DNA from: Candidatus Sumerlaeaceae bacterium
Lineage (GTDB): Bacteria; Sumerlaeota; Sumerlaeia; Sumerlaeales; Sumerlaeaceae
Direction: 5' to 3'
Length of the DNA: 64,000 nucleotides
Assembly: GCA_049968255.1 (NCBI GenBank)
Contig: JBMFRB010000002.1
Location: forward strand, 256,001 to 320,000
The notes beneath the pieces were generated by a model. That model was given only the letters and a program-made list of their open reading frames with translations, made no database searches and was not told where the DNA came from. The translations under genes and the position numbers were made by a program. Shown one piece after another: positions 17,604 to 27,149 of this stretch (position 1 is its first letter; each line of letters opens with the position of its first letter).

Positions 17604-19430
17604 TTGCCGCAGTCTACAGAAAATGATGAGATGATTCCTGAAGAAAAAATTCTACACGGCATTCCGGTCGCTCCAGGCATCGCTATTGGACGCGCCCACG
17701 TTTGTGCGGCATTGGGAACGATTCGTACGGAGCAGCGCGAAATTCCTGTCCACGAAGTGGAGACCGAGGTTCAGCGGTTTCTGGAGGCGGTGGAAGAATC
17801 GAAGCGCCAGGTCACAAGCCTTCGCGAGCAAGTTGCTAAAGAACTCGACGCGAAACATGCTGAAATCTATACACCGCAATTGGCCCTGCTCGAAGACGCA
17901 GATTTGATTGATGCAACGGTCGAAGCGATCAGACGCGAACAGAAGAATGCCGAATATCTTTTCGCGCGTCGCATGAATGAGTTCCTAGATCAGTTGAGAA
18001 AGCTCGATGACGGTTTCCTTTCTGGCCGAGAAACTGATTTTCAAGATGTCGCATGGCGGGTGCTTAGCAACCTAGGCCGTCGGCAACATGCGACACATGC
18101 GACATTTGGGCCCGATACCGTGTTAGTTGGACACGATCTTTTGCCTAGCCAAAGTGCTAGTCTTCTCAAAGATCACGTTGTTGGTCTTGCTCTTGAGAAA
18201 GGAGGACCGACTTCGCATACAGCCATTATTGCGAAAGCTACCGAAATTCCAACAGTCGTCGGTGTCGAGGGGATTATGCAGGTTGTGCGCGAAGGGGCAC
18301 CGGTAATCGTGGATGGGGTCGCTGGCAAAGTCATTCTCTTCCCCTCGAAAGAGACGTACGATGACTATCTTCAGCGCCAAAAGGAGTTTGTTGAACTCGA
18401 ACGCGATCTCGAAGAGCTTCGGGACCTGCCTTCTGAAACGCTCGATGGGTATTCTGTGACTTTGCGAGCGAACATTGAGTTCCCGGAAGAGATTAGCCAC
18501 ATCGCCCTTCATGGTGGAAAAGGGATTGGTTTGTTCCGAACGGAGTTCATTTTTCTCAATCGCGAACGTTTACCGTCCGAAGAAGAGCAATACCAAATCT
18601 ACAAGCAGGTTGCGGAGCGTGTGTTTCCTGATACCGTCGTCTTTAGGACGCTTGACGTTGGGGGCGATAAATTCTTTGCTGCCTCAGCACGCCCCAGCGA
18701 GCTTAACCCTTTCATGGGGCTTCGTGCGGTGCGACTCTGCCTCAAGCATCAGGATATATTTCGTCCGCAATTGCGGGCAATGCTGCGTGCCAACACTCTG
18801 GGCAACGCAAAAATTTTGATTCCGATGATTTCTGGCGTGGAGGAGTTCCGTGAGGTAAAAAGACTTATTTACTCTGTGATGAACGAACTTCGGGCCGAAG
18901 GGGTTCAGACCTTCACCGAGGTCGAGATCGGAGCCATGGTAGAAATTCCCTCTGCGGCTATACTTGCAGACGAGCTCGCGCGCGAATGCGATTTCTTTTC
19001 GATTGGGACGAACGACCTTATTCAGTACACGTTGGCAGTAGATCGCGGAAATAGATCGGTGGCTTATCTGTATGAGCCGCTTCACCTCGCCGTTTTGCGG
19101 TTGCTGCGCACGACTGTGACCGCAGCCGAGGACGCCGGTATTAAGGTGAGCGTGTGTGGAGAGGCGGCCGCAGATCCACTCTACGCATTAGTTCTGGCTG
19201 GGATGGGGGTCCATGAACTTTCCATGAGTGCGGTGAACATTCCCGCGGTGAAGCGGGTCATCAGGGCCGTGACTCTAAAGGAAGTCAGAACGCTGGTCGA
19301 AGATGTTTTCAATGCTCCGAGCATTGACGAACGAAAACGTGTCCTAAGGGCTTTTCTCGATTTCCTTGTGCGCGAGCGCAGTGTTCCAGCCGGTGAGATT
19401 CTCACCACATCCATAGCACACCTGGAATGA
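17604..19430 (+). CDS. ptsI: PTS Enzyme I, phosphoenolpyruvate-protein phosphotransferase (start may be ATG 17631)
   Basis: GGPTSHTAIIAK (phospho-His), GIGLFRTEF, RTLDVGGDK, SIGTNDLIQY, VCGE. Confidence 0.95.
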   Translation: MPQSTENDEMIPEEKILHGIPVAPGIAIGRAHVCAALGTIRTEQREIPVHEVETEVQRFLEAVEESKRQVTSLREQVAKELDAKHAEIYTPQLALLEDADLIDATVEAIRREQKNAEYLFARRMNEFLDQLRKLDDGFLSGRETDFQDVAWRVLSNLGRRQHATHATFGPDTVLVGHDLLPSQSASLLKDHVVGLALEKGGPTSHTAIIAKATEIPTVVGVEGIMQVVREGAPVIVDGVAGKVILFPSKETYDDYLQRQKEFVELERDLEELRDLPSETLDGYSVTLRANIEFPEEISHIALHGGKGIGLFRTEFIFLNRERLPSEEEQYQIYKQVAERVFPDTVVFRTLDVGGDKFFAASARPSELNPFMGLRAVRLCLKHQDIFRPQLRAMLRANTLGNAKILIPMISGVEEFREVKRLIYSVMNELRAEGVQTFTEVEIGAMVEIPSAAILADELARECDFFSIGTNDLIQYTLAVDRGNRSVAYLYEPLHLAVLRLLRTTVTAAEDAGIKVSVCGEAAADPLYALVLAGMGVHELSMSAVNIPAVKRVIRAVTLKEVRTLVEDVFNAPSIDERKRVLRAFLDFLVRERSVPAGEILTTSIAHLE

Positions 19431-20953
19431 AATCCGCAGAGCAAAATTCACGTGCCCAGCAACGAGCGTTGACGCGCATTGTCTTATTACTCGACTCGGC
19501 TTTGCGATTTGCTCGGCGCATTCCATCGTGGGGCTGGGTATGGATCGGGAGTAGTTTGTGGCACTTGTTTCTTATCGCCCATGCGGCACCGAATGTCTTT
19601 CCCGACTCAGGAAGCTATACTCACTTGGCGGAAGCGATTCGCGATAACAAGTGGGTGCCAGCATTTACGTTTCGCACACCAGGGTACCCGTTTTTTCTTT
19701 ATCTTATTTTTAGCGCTGCAGGATGGAAGAACTTTTATGCCGTGATGGTGGTGCAGGCGTGCCTCGGCGCGACGATCCCTGTGCTTTTGTATGCTCTGTA
19801 TCGTCTCATAGTTTCGCAACGATGGCTCGCTGTTGTGGGAGGGCTTGCGTTTCTTCTTGATCGCTACAGCATTGGATTAGAAACTGTGCCGCTCACGGAG
19901 TTTCTCTGCGGCTATACGATTCTTCTGGCGCTTGTGACCTTCCTGTACGCGCTACGTACACGAAACTATTGGTGGGGATTAGGGGCTGGTTTTGCCGCGG
20001 GTGTGAATTTTCTCATTCGCCCTACGTTTGAGTATGTCTATCTCGCCTGGGTGATCGCTGCGGTGGTATTGTGTTGGACATCTACGGTTTCGAGAGAAGA
20101 TAGACTGCGACTGCTCAAATGGTTGTGTGTGTATCTTCTCCCATTTTTCCTCAGCTATGCCTCTTGGTCTTTTGTGGTGTGGCGGCATACACATGTGTTT
20201 GCTCCCTCGCTTCAGCTCGGCGCTTCTATGACGAATCACACCGGTGCGTTTATGGAGCTGGCGCCTGACCAATATGCAAAAATCCGCGACATTTATGTTG
20301 CTGAGCGCGAAAAACGCGGGGGGGACCACATCAATCTCTTCGATGAAGCTGGTTGGAAAATTGCTGACGCGACTTCCATGACACTTTGGCAGTTGTCTTT
20401 AAAGTTCAGGGAAATAAATGCCTATTTGATCATGCACTATCCTGACCGTTATTTACGCCAGGTTGTGGCTGCATGGGATCGAATCTGGATTGAGGATTCC
20501 CACTACCTCGTGGATCTAACGGACCCTTATGCCACGGGGAAACCAGTCACGTATACCAGTTATTTCAGGTTTATCGCCACGAACGCTTTAAGCAGGCTGA
20601 TTTATCTGCTCCCGGAGACGCTTCTCTGGCACCGGCCAATGATCTTGCGGGCAATTCCTTGGGTGCTGAGTGCCTGCGCCCTTATGCTAATATTTTGGGG
20701 AAAGCGAGAATGCATGGCGCGGCTGACGCTCGTGCTTTTCATCGGGACAATTTTTTATCATATTCTGGTGCATGTTCTGGTTCAGCTTACCGAGTTTGGA
20801 CGGTACAAACTTCCGGTGCAGGGTCTCTGGTTTTCCCTTCTATTGTTCAGTCTAGCTACTGCAGGTGCGCGTGTGGTCGCCCGCATGAGGGGGAGTAACG
20901 CTCAGCAGCCGCCAGTAAGCAAATCATCAAAGCAAATCAAAAGGTCACGTTAG
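19427..20953 (+). CDS. Multi-pass membrane protein, GT-C (ArnT/PMT-like) glycosyltransferase candidate, paralog 1
   Basis: Many hydrophobic segments; FPDS..Y, RTPGYP, LTE, RP and RY motifs. Confidence 0.6.
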   Translation: MKSAEQNSRAQQRALTRIVLLLDSALRFARRIPSWGWVWIGSSLWHLFLIAHAAPNVFPDSGSYTHLAEAIRDNKWVPAFTFRTPGYPFFLYLIFSAAGWKNFYAVMVVQACLGATIPVLLYALYRLIVSQRWLAVVGGLAFLLDRYSIGLETVPLTEFLCGYTILLALVTFLYALRTRNYWWGLGAGFAAGVNFLIRPTFEYVYLAWVIAAVVLCWTSTVSREDRLRLLKWLCVYLLPFFLSYASWSFVVWRHTHVFAPSLQLGASMTNHTGAFMELAPDQYAKIRDIYVAEREKRGGDHINLFDEAGWKIADATSMTLWQLSLKFREINAYLIMHYPDRYLRQVVAAWDRIWIEDSHYLVDLTDPYATGKPVTYTSYFRFIATNALSRLIYLLPETLLWHRPMILRAIPWVLSACALMLIFWGKRECMARLTLVLFIGTIFYHILVHVLVQLTEFGRYKLPVQGLWFSLLLFSLATAGARVVARMRGSNAQQPPVSKSSKQIKRSR

Positions 20954-20957
20954 TCTT

Positions 20958-22499
20958 ATGGCAGGTCGCCGATTGAAGGACAAAAAGAAGAAAGAGCGCT
21001 TGCATGCGATTGCTTCAAAACAGCAGCAGGAAGTCAACCATCAACCATCGGTTGACCGCGGCTTCAGTGTGTCAGTCGGAGCGTTTTTGCGCCGGCATGT
21101 CGCATTGATTGTGGTGATGATTGTCACGTTTGTGTGGGAATTTGTCCTCTGGCGCCACGCTCAGCCTAATGTCTTTCCTGACGGTTGGACGTACGGAATG
21201 TTAGGCAAGGAACTGCTCGCGGGGAATTTTTCTCACGAGCTTTTCTCGTTTCGTACGCCTGGCTTCCCGGGATTTCTCGCGATGATTTTTGCGATCGCGG
21301 GTCCGGACAATTGGCAAGCGGTTGTGAATGTTCAGTTTCTCCTTGGTGCTTGGGTACCTGTCGGTCTCTATGCTCTTTTTTTGCCTTTCGCCGGGCGTCC
21401 CTGGCTGGCGGCCCTGGGCGCTGCGGCCTACCTACTCGATCGTCGTTTTCTCGCGCTTCAGGCTGTGCCGCTCACGGAGTTTCTTGGTGGGGTTCTCGGC
21501 GTGTACGTTCTTGCGTGGCACGTCTGGGCGTGGAAGCGATGCTATTGGCAGGAGGCCGTGCTTCTCGGTTTTGCCACTGGTCTCTGGATTCTTGTTCGAC
21601 CTTCTTTCCAACTCTTGCCGTGGTGTTTGCTGACTGTTGGTTTGATTTTGTCATGGTGGGATTTGCGGATACGGCAAGAGCAACCCGGAAGAACACTGCG
21701 CTGGCACGCAGCCTACGTCGTGGGGTGGCAGCTACCGTTGTTGCTTTGGTCCGCCAATGTTTACAGGTTTACGGGCCACTGGGGCCTCTCGCACCAGCTT
21801 GGCGCCTCGCTGACCAATCACACGGGGGCCTTTATGGAGTATGCACCTGCTGAGGCAGGCCCGCTTCGGGATCTTTACGTGGCAGAAAAACAGCGGCGCG
21901 GGGGAGACTGGATTAATATTTTCGACAGCATTCACAAACAGTTGGAGGCCGCAACCAGTTCGCCAATCTGGGAAGTTTCATTGCGCTACAAGGAAATTAA
22001 TAAGGTTTTACTGACAAAGTTTTGGCGAGAGTATCTAGATCAGGTGCAGATTGCGTGGAACATGTTGTGGCGTGAGGCTTCTAAGTATGTGGTTGACGAG
22101 TCTGCCACTGGGATCGATCCGAAGACGGGGCGAGGGAAAGCACTTCCGCTATTCGAATTTGTAAGTACTAGCTTTCTCGGTCGGAATGTCTATCTGCCGT
22201 TAGACCGGGCTCTTTGGTATAACCCTGACACACCACAGCTTATCCCTAAGCTGTTGGTCGTGTTATTGGCCTGCCTCGCATTCTTGCGGCGGCGCGACCG
22301 TCATGCGTTGCTCGCGCTTTTGGTGATTGTGGGCACCGTTTTCTATCACATGCTCATTCATGCAGCTGTGCAATTCACGGAATTTGGGCGCTACCGATTG
22401 CCAGTGCAGCCTCTGTGGTGGGGGTTCCTTTTTTGCGGGATAGCCGTTGTGCTGTATGAGAGTCTTCGATCCGTGCACAACTATTTTGAAAAAGACTAA
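20958..22499 (+). CDS. Multi-pass membrane protein, GT-C candidate, paralog 2
   Basis: Same motif series as the upstream gene: PNVFPD, FRTPGFP, VPLTEFL, QLGASLTNHTGAFME, TEFGRYRLPVQ. Confidence 0.6.
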   Translation: MAGRRLKDKKKKERLHAIASKQQQEVNHQPSVDRGFSVSVGAFLRRHVALIVVMIVTFVWEFVLWRHAQPNVFPDGWTYGMLGKELLAGNFSHELFSFRTPGFPGFLAMIFAIAGPDNWQAVVNVQFLLGAWVPVGLYALFLPFAGRPWLAALGAAAYLLDRRFLALQAVPLTEFLGGVLGVYVLAWHVWAWKRCYWQEAVLLGFATGLWILVRPSFQLLPWCLLTVGLILSWWDLRIRQEQPGRTLRWHAAYVVGWQLPLLLWSANVYRFTGHWGLSHQLGASLTNHTGAFMEYAPAEAGPLRDLYVAEKQRRGGDWINIFDSIHKQLEAATSSPIWEVSLRYKEINKVLLTKFWREYLDQVQIAWNMLWREASKYVVDESATGIDPKTGRGKALPLFEFVSTSFLGRNVYLPLDRALWYNPDTPQLIPKLLVVLLACLAFLRRRDRHALLALLVIVGTVFYHMLIHAAVQFTEFGRYRLPVQPLWWGFLFCGIAVVLYESLRSVHNYFEKD

Positions 22500-22648
22500 G
22501 CCTTCTGTTTTTACCGTACTTCCAGACTTTCGTTTCGAGAGACCCGCCAGACTTCCGCACCAAGAACACTCGAAATTGAAGAGGTGCGAATTTTCGTGGG
22601 AGCAGTGATTATTCCGAGAGCAGGAGATTTTGTTTCACCCCAGAAGAG

Positions 22649-23125
22649 GTGTTCACCGTGAAAATTGCGCTTTCAAATGACCACGCAGGTGCGCCAATGC
22701 GCTCTGTGGTTCGTGATGTTCTCGAACGGCTCGGCCATGAGGTGAAAGATTTTGGTGCTAAGGGCGATTGCTCCGTGGACTATCCAGAGTACGCCGCGCA
22801 AGCGCTCCGAGCGCTAGCACGGGGTGAGGTCGATCGTGCCATTCTCATTTGCGGCAGTGGGATTGGAATGAGCATTGTGGCAAACAGAATTCCTGGCGTG
22901 AGGTGTGCGTTGGCGACGGACCTCTTTGCTGCTGAAATGAGTCGACGCCACAACGATGCTAACTGCCTGGCTTTACGCGCCCGCGAACAATCGCCGACGC
23001 TCAATGCGCAGATCGTGGAGAAATGGTTGACGACGGCCTTTGAAGGTGAGCGTCACGTGCGCCGAATCGAAAAAATTGAGCAAGTGGCGGAAGCCTTGCG
23101 TAAAGAACTCGCCGCAGGCCGATAG
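22649..23125 (+). CDS. rpiB: Ribose-5-phosphate isomerase B
   Basis: DHAG, DYP, ICGSGIGMSIVAN, HNDAN, FEGERH.RR. Confidence 0.94.
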   Translation: MFTVKIALSNDHAGAPMRSVVRDVLERLGHEVKDFGAKGDCSVDYPEYAAQALRALARGEVDRAILICGSGIGMSIVANRIPGVRCALATDLFAAEMSRRHNDANCLALRAREQSPTLNAQIVEKWLTTAFEGERHVRRIEKIEQVAEALRKELAAGR

Positions 23126-23167
23126 GTGCATGCATGGGATTTCATTGTTGGAAGGAGAACTGAAAAC

Positions 23168-24430
23168 ATGATGGTGGAAGAGGGACAGTCTGTTTCGCCT
23201 CTGGCAGAAGGCGATCCGGAAGTTTTTGCTGCTATCCGAGCGGAAGAAGTGCGCCAGCAAACAACACTGGAAATGATCGCCAGCGAAAATTTCGTGAGTC
23301 CGGCTGTGCTTGAGGCTCAAGGAAGTGTGCTCACGAACAAATACGCAGAGGGTCTTCCCGGCCGACGCTATTACGGTGGCTGTGTAAACGTTGACGTGGC
23401 GGAGCGGCTTGCCATCGAGCGCGCCAAAGCATTGTTTGGTGCGGAGCATGCCAACGTGCAACCCCACAGCGGCGCCCAGGCGAATATGGCCGCATTCTTC
23501 TCGCAGCTTGTTCCGGGCGACACGATCTTGGGAATGGATCTGGCTCACGGCGGGCACCTGACACATGGATCGCGGGTAAACTTCTCCGGTATCTTTTTTC
23601 GAGTGGTTTCGTACGGTGTGCGTCGCGATACGGAAACGATTGATTATGACCAGGTGGCAGAACTTGCCCGCGAGCACAAACCGAAGATGATCATTGCAGG
23701 CGCGAGCGCTTATCCGCGTCAGATTGATTTTGCAAAGTTTGCTGAGATCGCAAAAGACTGTGGCGCAGTGTTCCTGACCGATATGGCGCACTATGCGGGC
23801 CTCGTAGCCGGCGGAGTTTACGGCTCGCCGGTGCCGCACGCTGATATTGTGACCACGACGACGCACAAGACGCTACGTGGTCCGCGCGGAGGTTTGATCC
23901 TTTGTAAAGAGGCCCTAGCCAAGTCCATCGATAAGTGGGTCTTCCCTGGAATTCAGGGTGGGCCTCTCATGCATGTTATCGCGGCGAAAGCTGTTTGTTT
24001 TGGCGAAGCGCTAAGTCCTTCATTCCGCATTTACGCCCATAACGTGGTTACAAATGCTAAAATTTTGGGAGAGGAACTGACTCGGGGGGGCTTACGCCTT
24101 GTGAGTGGTGGCACAGATTGCCACCTGCTTCTCGTGGATGTTTCGCCACTAGGAATTACAGGCAAGCAGGCTGAGCAGGCACTTGACGAAGCTGGGATCA
24201 CAGTGAACAAGAACATGATTCCCTTCGACGAGCGAAAACCAGCGGAGACCAGTGGCATTCGTGTCGGAACTCCGGCCCTGACGACGCGAGGGATGGGACC
24301 GGAGGAAATGCGGCTCATTGGCCAGTGGATTGTCCAAATTTTGCGCAGTCCAGCCGACCAGGCCCTCAAGACAAAGGTCAGGGCTGCTGTGCTGGAACTG
24401 ACGTCAAGTTTTCCTTTACATCGGTCGTAG
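23168..24430 (+). CDS. glyA: Serine hydroxymethyltransferase (ATG 23168 after SD GGAAGGAG)
   Basis: [43 protein letters not shown]. Confidence 0.97.
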   Translation: MMVEEGQSVSPLAEGDPEVFAAIRAEEVRQQTTLEMIASENFVSPAVLEAQGSVLTNKYAEGLPGRRYYGGCVNVDVAERLAIERAKALFGAEHANVQPHSGAQANMAAFFSQLVPGDTILGMDLAHGGHLTHGSRVNFSGIFFRVVSYGVRRDTETIDYDQVAELAREHKPKMIIAGASAYPRQIDFAKFAEIAKDCGAVFLTDMAHYAGLVAGGVYGSPVPHADIVTTTTHKTLRGPRGGLILCKEALAKSIDKWVFPGIQGGPLMHVIAAKAVCFGEALSPSFRIYAHNVVTNAKILGEELTRGGLRLVSGGTDCHLLLVDVSPLGITGKQAEQALDEAGITVNKNMIPFDERKPAETSGIRVGTPALTTRGMGPEEMRLIGQWIVQILRSPADQALKTKVRAAVLELTSSFPLHRS

Positions 24431-25472
24431 GCCCCTGCCGGTTAATCTCCCTCTCTAGCTCGGGGTAGTACCGTAGGAGTTCCTTGCGGTAGGCACTCGC
24501 TGGTGCCAAATCAAGGTGTCGGCGATAGCTGTCTTTGGCCTTGGCCTTGTCGCCCAGCTGAGAGTAAGCGTCGCCGAGGAATAGCGGAATCTCAGGGTCA
24601 TTTGGGGCAAACCGCTGCGCAGTGAGCAAAACGGTGATTGCTTCAGAGAGTCGTCCTTGCTTCGCGTAACCCATCGCGAGAATTTTTTCTGTCGTGGCGT
24701 CCATCTCCCCCCGCAAACGATTGAGCTCAAGGAAACGGATGAGGCTTTCCATCTTTTTAGCTGCAAGAGCGCCGATAAAGAGAGCTGTCGGTTCAAGTGA
24801 TTTCTCATGGAAATTGTGTTTAAACTCGCGGTAGTAATAGTCGGCCATGATGATTTGATTGAGGAGCACTGCGTTGAGGATGCGCGTTTGGAGCAGTTCG
24901 TTTCGGTAGGTGGGGAATGAGTCCGCTTGTGCCAGTGCAATGGTGGCCCGTCCGAACTGCTGCGTTCGACTCAGAGCTTGGGCCCAGAGGCGGAAGATGT
25001 TGTCCTGGCCAACGCGAGGCAGAGGTTCCATGGCCAAATATTCGTCGAATGTGGCCACGGCTTTTTCAAAATCATTTGCAAAATAATAAGCTTGAGCAAG
25101 CATTTTGAGAAGTTGAGTAAGGTGGGGCATGAAAGGACGCGCTCGGTCGAATATGGCGATGGCTTCTGCGCGCCTCTCCAGAAGCAATTCTGCGTAGCCA
25201 AGATAGTAATAAGCATAGCCATTGTAAGGATTTTGGCGAATACTTAGCTCAGCCATTTCCTTGGCCTGAGAGTAAAGCTGACGTTTAGTTAGCGTGTCCG
25301 CTTCGGACGCTGTCACCTCGGCGGTATATCGGACGAGACTTTCGCGGAATAGGATGGCTGAGCCGAGAAAAGCTACAATAAGCAAGACTATGCGAGAGAG
25401 CCTTCGCGCAGAAGATCCGGCCGGCGCCTGCGCTATTTTTTGGTGGTCAGGGTGTATTGTTTGTGATGGCAT
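24378..25472 (-). CDS. Membrane-anchored TPR-repeat protein
   Basis: N-terminal TM segment; TPR-like repeats (AYYYLG..., [18 protein letters not shown]). The 3' end overlaps glyA by 53 nt. Confidence 0.75.
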   Translation of the reverse strand: MPSQTIHPDHQKIAQAPAGSSARRLSRIVLLIVAFLGSAILFRESLVRYTAEVTASEADTLTKRQLYSQAKEMAELSIRQNPYNGYAYYYLGYAELLLERRAEAIAIFDRARPFMPHLTQLLKMLAQAYYFANDFEKAVATFDEYLAMEPLPRVGQDNIFRLWAQALSRTQQFGRATIALAQADSFPTYRNELLQTRILNAVLLNQIIMADYYYREFKHNFHEKSLEPTALFIGALAAKKMESLIRFLELNRLRGEMDATTEKILAMGYAKQGRLSEAITVLLTAQRFAPNDPEIPLFLGDAYSQLGDKAKAKDSYRRHLDLAPASAYRKELLRYYPELEREINRQGPTTDVKENLTSVPAQQP

Positions 25473-25667
25473 ATTTCTTGCTTACGATTGGTAAGGGATT
25501 GTGTAATTTCGATCTTTGACGTTGAGTAAGCTTTTGTTGGATGAGCGGCTCAAGGAGAAACACGGCCGTCAAAAAAACCGCCGTTGCTGCCGCAAATCAC
25601 ATTTTCTCCAACAGGGCGGTTTGTGGCAGAGTTTCATTCGCGTGGTCAAGCAAGGTTTCTGTGAGCT

Positions 25668-27149
25668 ATGGCGATTTCATTGCATCAAGTTCAAAAGCTA
25701 ACGCAGCGGCTGGCCATGACGCCTCTTATGCAACAGGCGCTTCACCTGTTGCAATTGCCCAATGCGGAACTGGAACAGTTGGTACGCGACGAAGTAGTCC
25801 AGAATCCCTTTTTGGAGATCAAAGGCGAGCTCGAGGACGATCGCGAGGAGTATCAGCAAAACGAGGAGTCTCTTTCCAGTGAGGCAACCGAGGACCAGCC
25901 TGCCGAAGTTGGGGAGAGGGCAGAGACAATCATTTCGAACGAGCAGCCACACTTTGACGAAGTTGACGTAGCCTGGGATGATCTTTACGATGATACCTAT
26001 TCGAGGCCGTCGCCACGCTCCTCCGTTTACGATCCGGATGAAGAGGAGCGCGATCTTGAAGATTTTGTGGCTGCCCCCGAGAGTCTGGCGGATTCGTTGC
26101 GCTGGCAAGTCCGGATGTTGCCGGCAAATGACCGGCTGCGCGAAATCGCGGAATATATTGTGGGATGCCTCGACGACGACGGTTATTTACGTGTCTCTCT
26201 CGACGAAATCGCCAAAGAGACAGGTGCCACCGCACAGGAGGTCGAGGAGGCCGTGCGGCTGGTGCAGTCTCTTGATCCGCCCGGCATCGGTGCTCGGGGA
26301 CTCGAGGAGTGTCTGGAGATCCAACTGCGTCGAAGCGGGGTAGATGATCCTCTTGCGTACAAGGTTGTGCGTCAGCATCTGCCTCATTTACAGAAACGAA
26401 ATTTCAGGAAGATCGCGAAATCTCTAGGGATAGATGAGGGTCAAGTTCGCAAAATCGTTAGTCTCATTGAGTCGCTCGAGCCCCAGCCGGGTCATGCTTA
26501 TAGCACGCGTCCTCCCCAGTACATTCGGCCCGATGTTATCGTGAAGCGGCTCGATGGGGATTATTATGTTTTCGTCGACGATGGACTCCTGTCGGATCTG
26601 CGCATTAGCCCAACGTATCGCCGCTTGTTGGAGCAAGGCGACACATTTACTTCGGAAAGCGAGCTAAGGTTTGTACGTGAAAAACTCAAAGCGGCGCAAT
26701 GGCTGGTGAGAAATCTGGCGCGTCGGAAGCAAACTCTGCAACGTGTGGCTGAAGCAATTGTAGAGCATCAGAAGGAATTTTTTGACAAAGGGATCGCTTA
26801 CCTTAAACCACTCACTCTGCGGGAGGTCGCTGACAGAGTTGGGATGCACGAGTCAACGGTAGCCAGGGTCACAAGCGGCAAATACATGGAAACCCCACGC
26901 GGCACTTATGAAATGAAATACTTTTTCAGCAGGGGCTTGCAGAGCGACACAGGCGAAGAAGCCAGCAATCGCATGGTCAAACAGATGATTGTGGAGATGG
27001 TTCAGAATGAGGATCCGCGAGCTCCTCTGAGCGACCAGCGTATTGCTCAGTTACTCAAACAAAAAGGCATCAACATTGCCCGGCGCACGGTGGCCAAGTA
27101 TCGCGAGCAACTTGGCATTTTGCCATCGCGCTTACGCAAAAGAATTTAG
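25668..27149 (+). CDS. rpoN: RNA polymerase sigma-54 factor
   Basis: Q/L-rich region I, NPFLE, HESTVAR, RpoN box ARRTVAKYRE. Confidence 0.97.
   Translation: MAISLHQVQKLTQRLAMTPLMQQALHLLQLPNAELEQLVRDEVVQNPFLEIKGELEDDREEYQQNEESLSSEATEDQPAEVGERAETIISNEQPHFDEVDVAWDDLYDDTYSRPSPRSSVYDPDEEERDLEDFVAAPESLADSLRWQVRMLPANDRLREIAEYIVGCLDDDGYLRVSLDEIAKETGATAQEVEEAVRLVQSLDPPGIGARGLEECLEIQLRRSGVDDPLAYKVVRQHLPHLQKRNFRKIAKSLGIDEGQVRKIVSLIESLEPQPGHAYSTRPPQYIRPDVIVKRLDGDYYVFVDDGLLSDLRISPTYRRLLEQGDTFTSESELRFVREKLKAAQWLVRNLARRKQTLQRVAEAIVEHQKEFFDKGIAYLKPLTLREVADRVGMHESTVARVTSGKYMETPRGTYEMKYFFSRGLQSDTGEEASNRMVKQMIVEMVQNEDPRAPLSDQRIAQLLKQKGINIARRTVAKYREQLGILPSRLRKRI

Noticed and set aside
22631-22646. parS half-site TGTTTCAC (and TCACGTGA at 57568)
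   Set aside because: These are half or core matches only; I found no full 16-bp parS palindrome.
22500-22648. Possible glycine, ZTP or lysine riboswitch upstream of rpiB-glyA (GAGAGAC and AGAGGTGCG fragments)
   Set aside because: The remaining conserved cores are absent and the space is too short for a lysine riboswitch.
22973-23866. Long antisense ORFs (297 aa opposite glyA; also 61599-62219, 52536-53111, 63486-63998)
   Set aside because: These are shadow frames of conserved genes with no recognisable motifs.
24378-24430. 53-nt convergent overlap of glyA and the TPR gene
   Set aside because: Short 3' overlaps recur in this compact window and the overlapping tail is low-information.
25622-25642. 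Sigma-54-like TGGCA elements upstream of rpoN (also TGGCACG near 59623 and 61083)
   Set aside because: None has the obligatory GG-N10-GC spacing.
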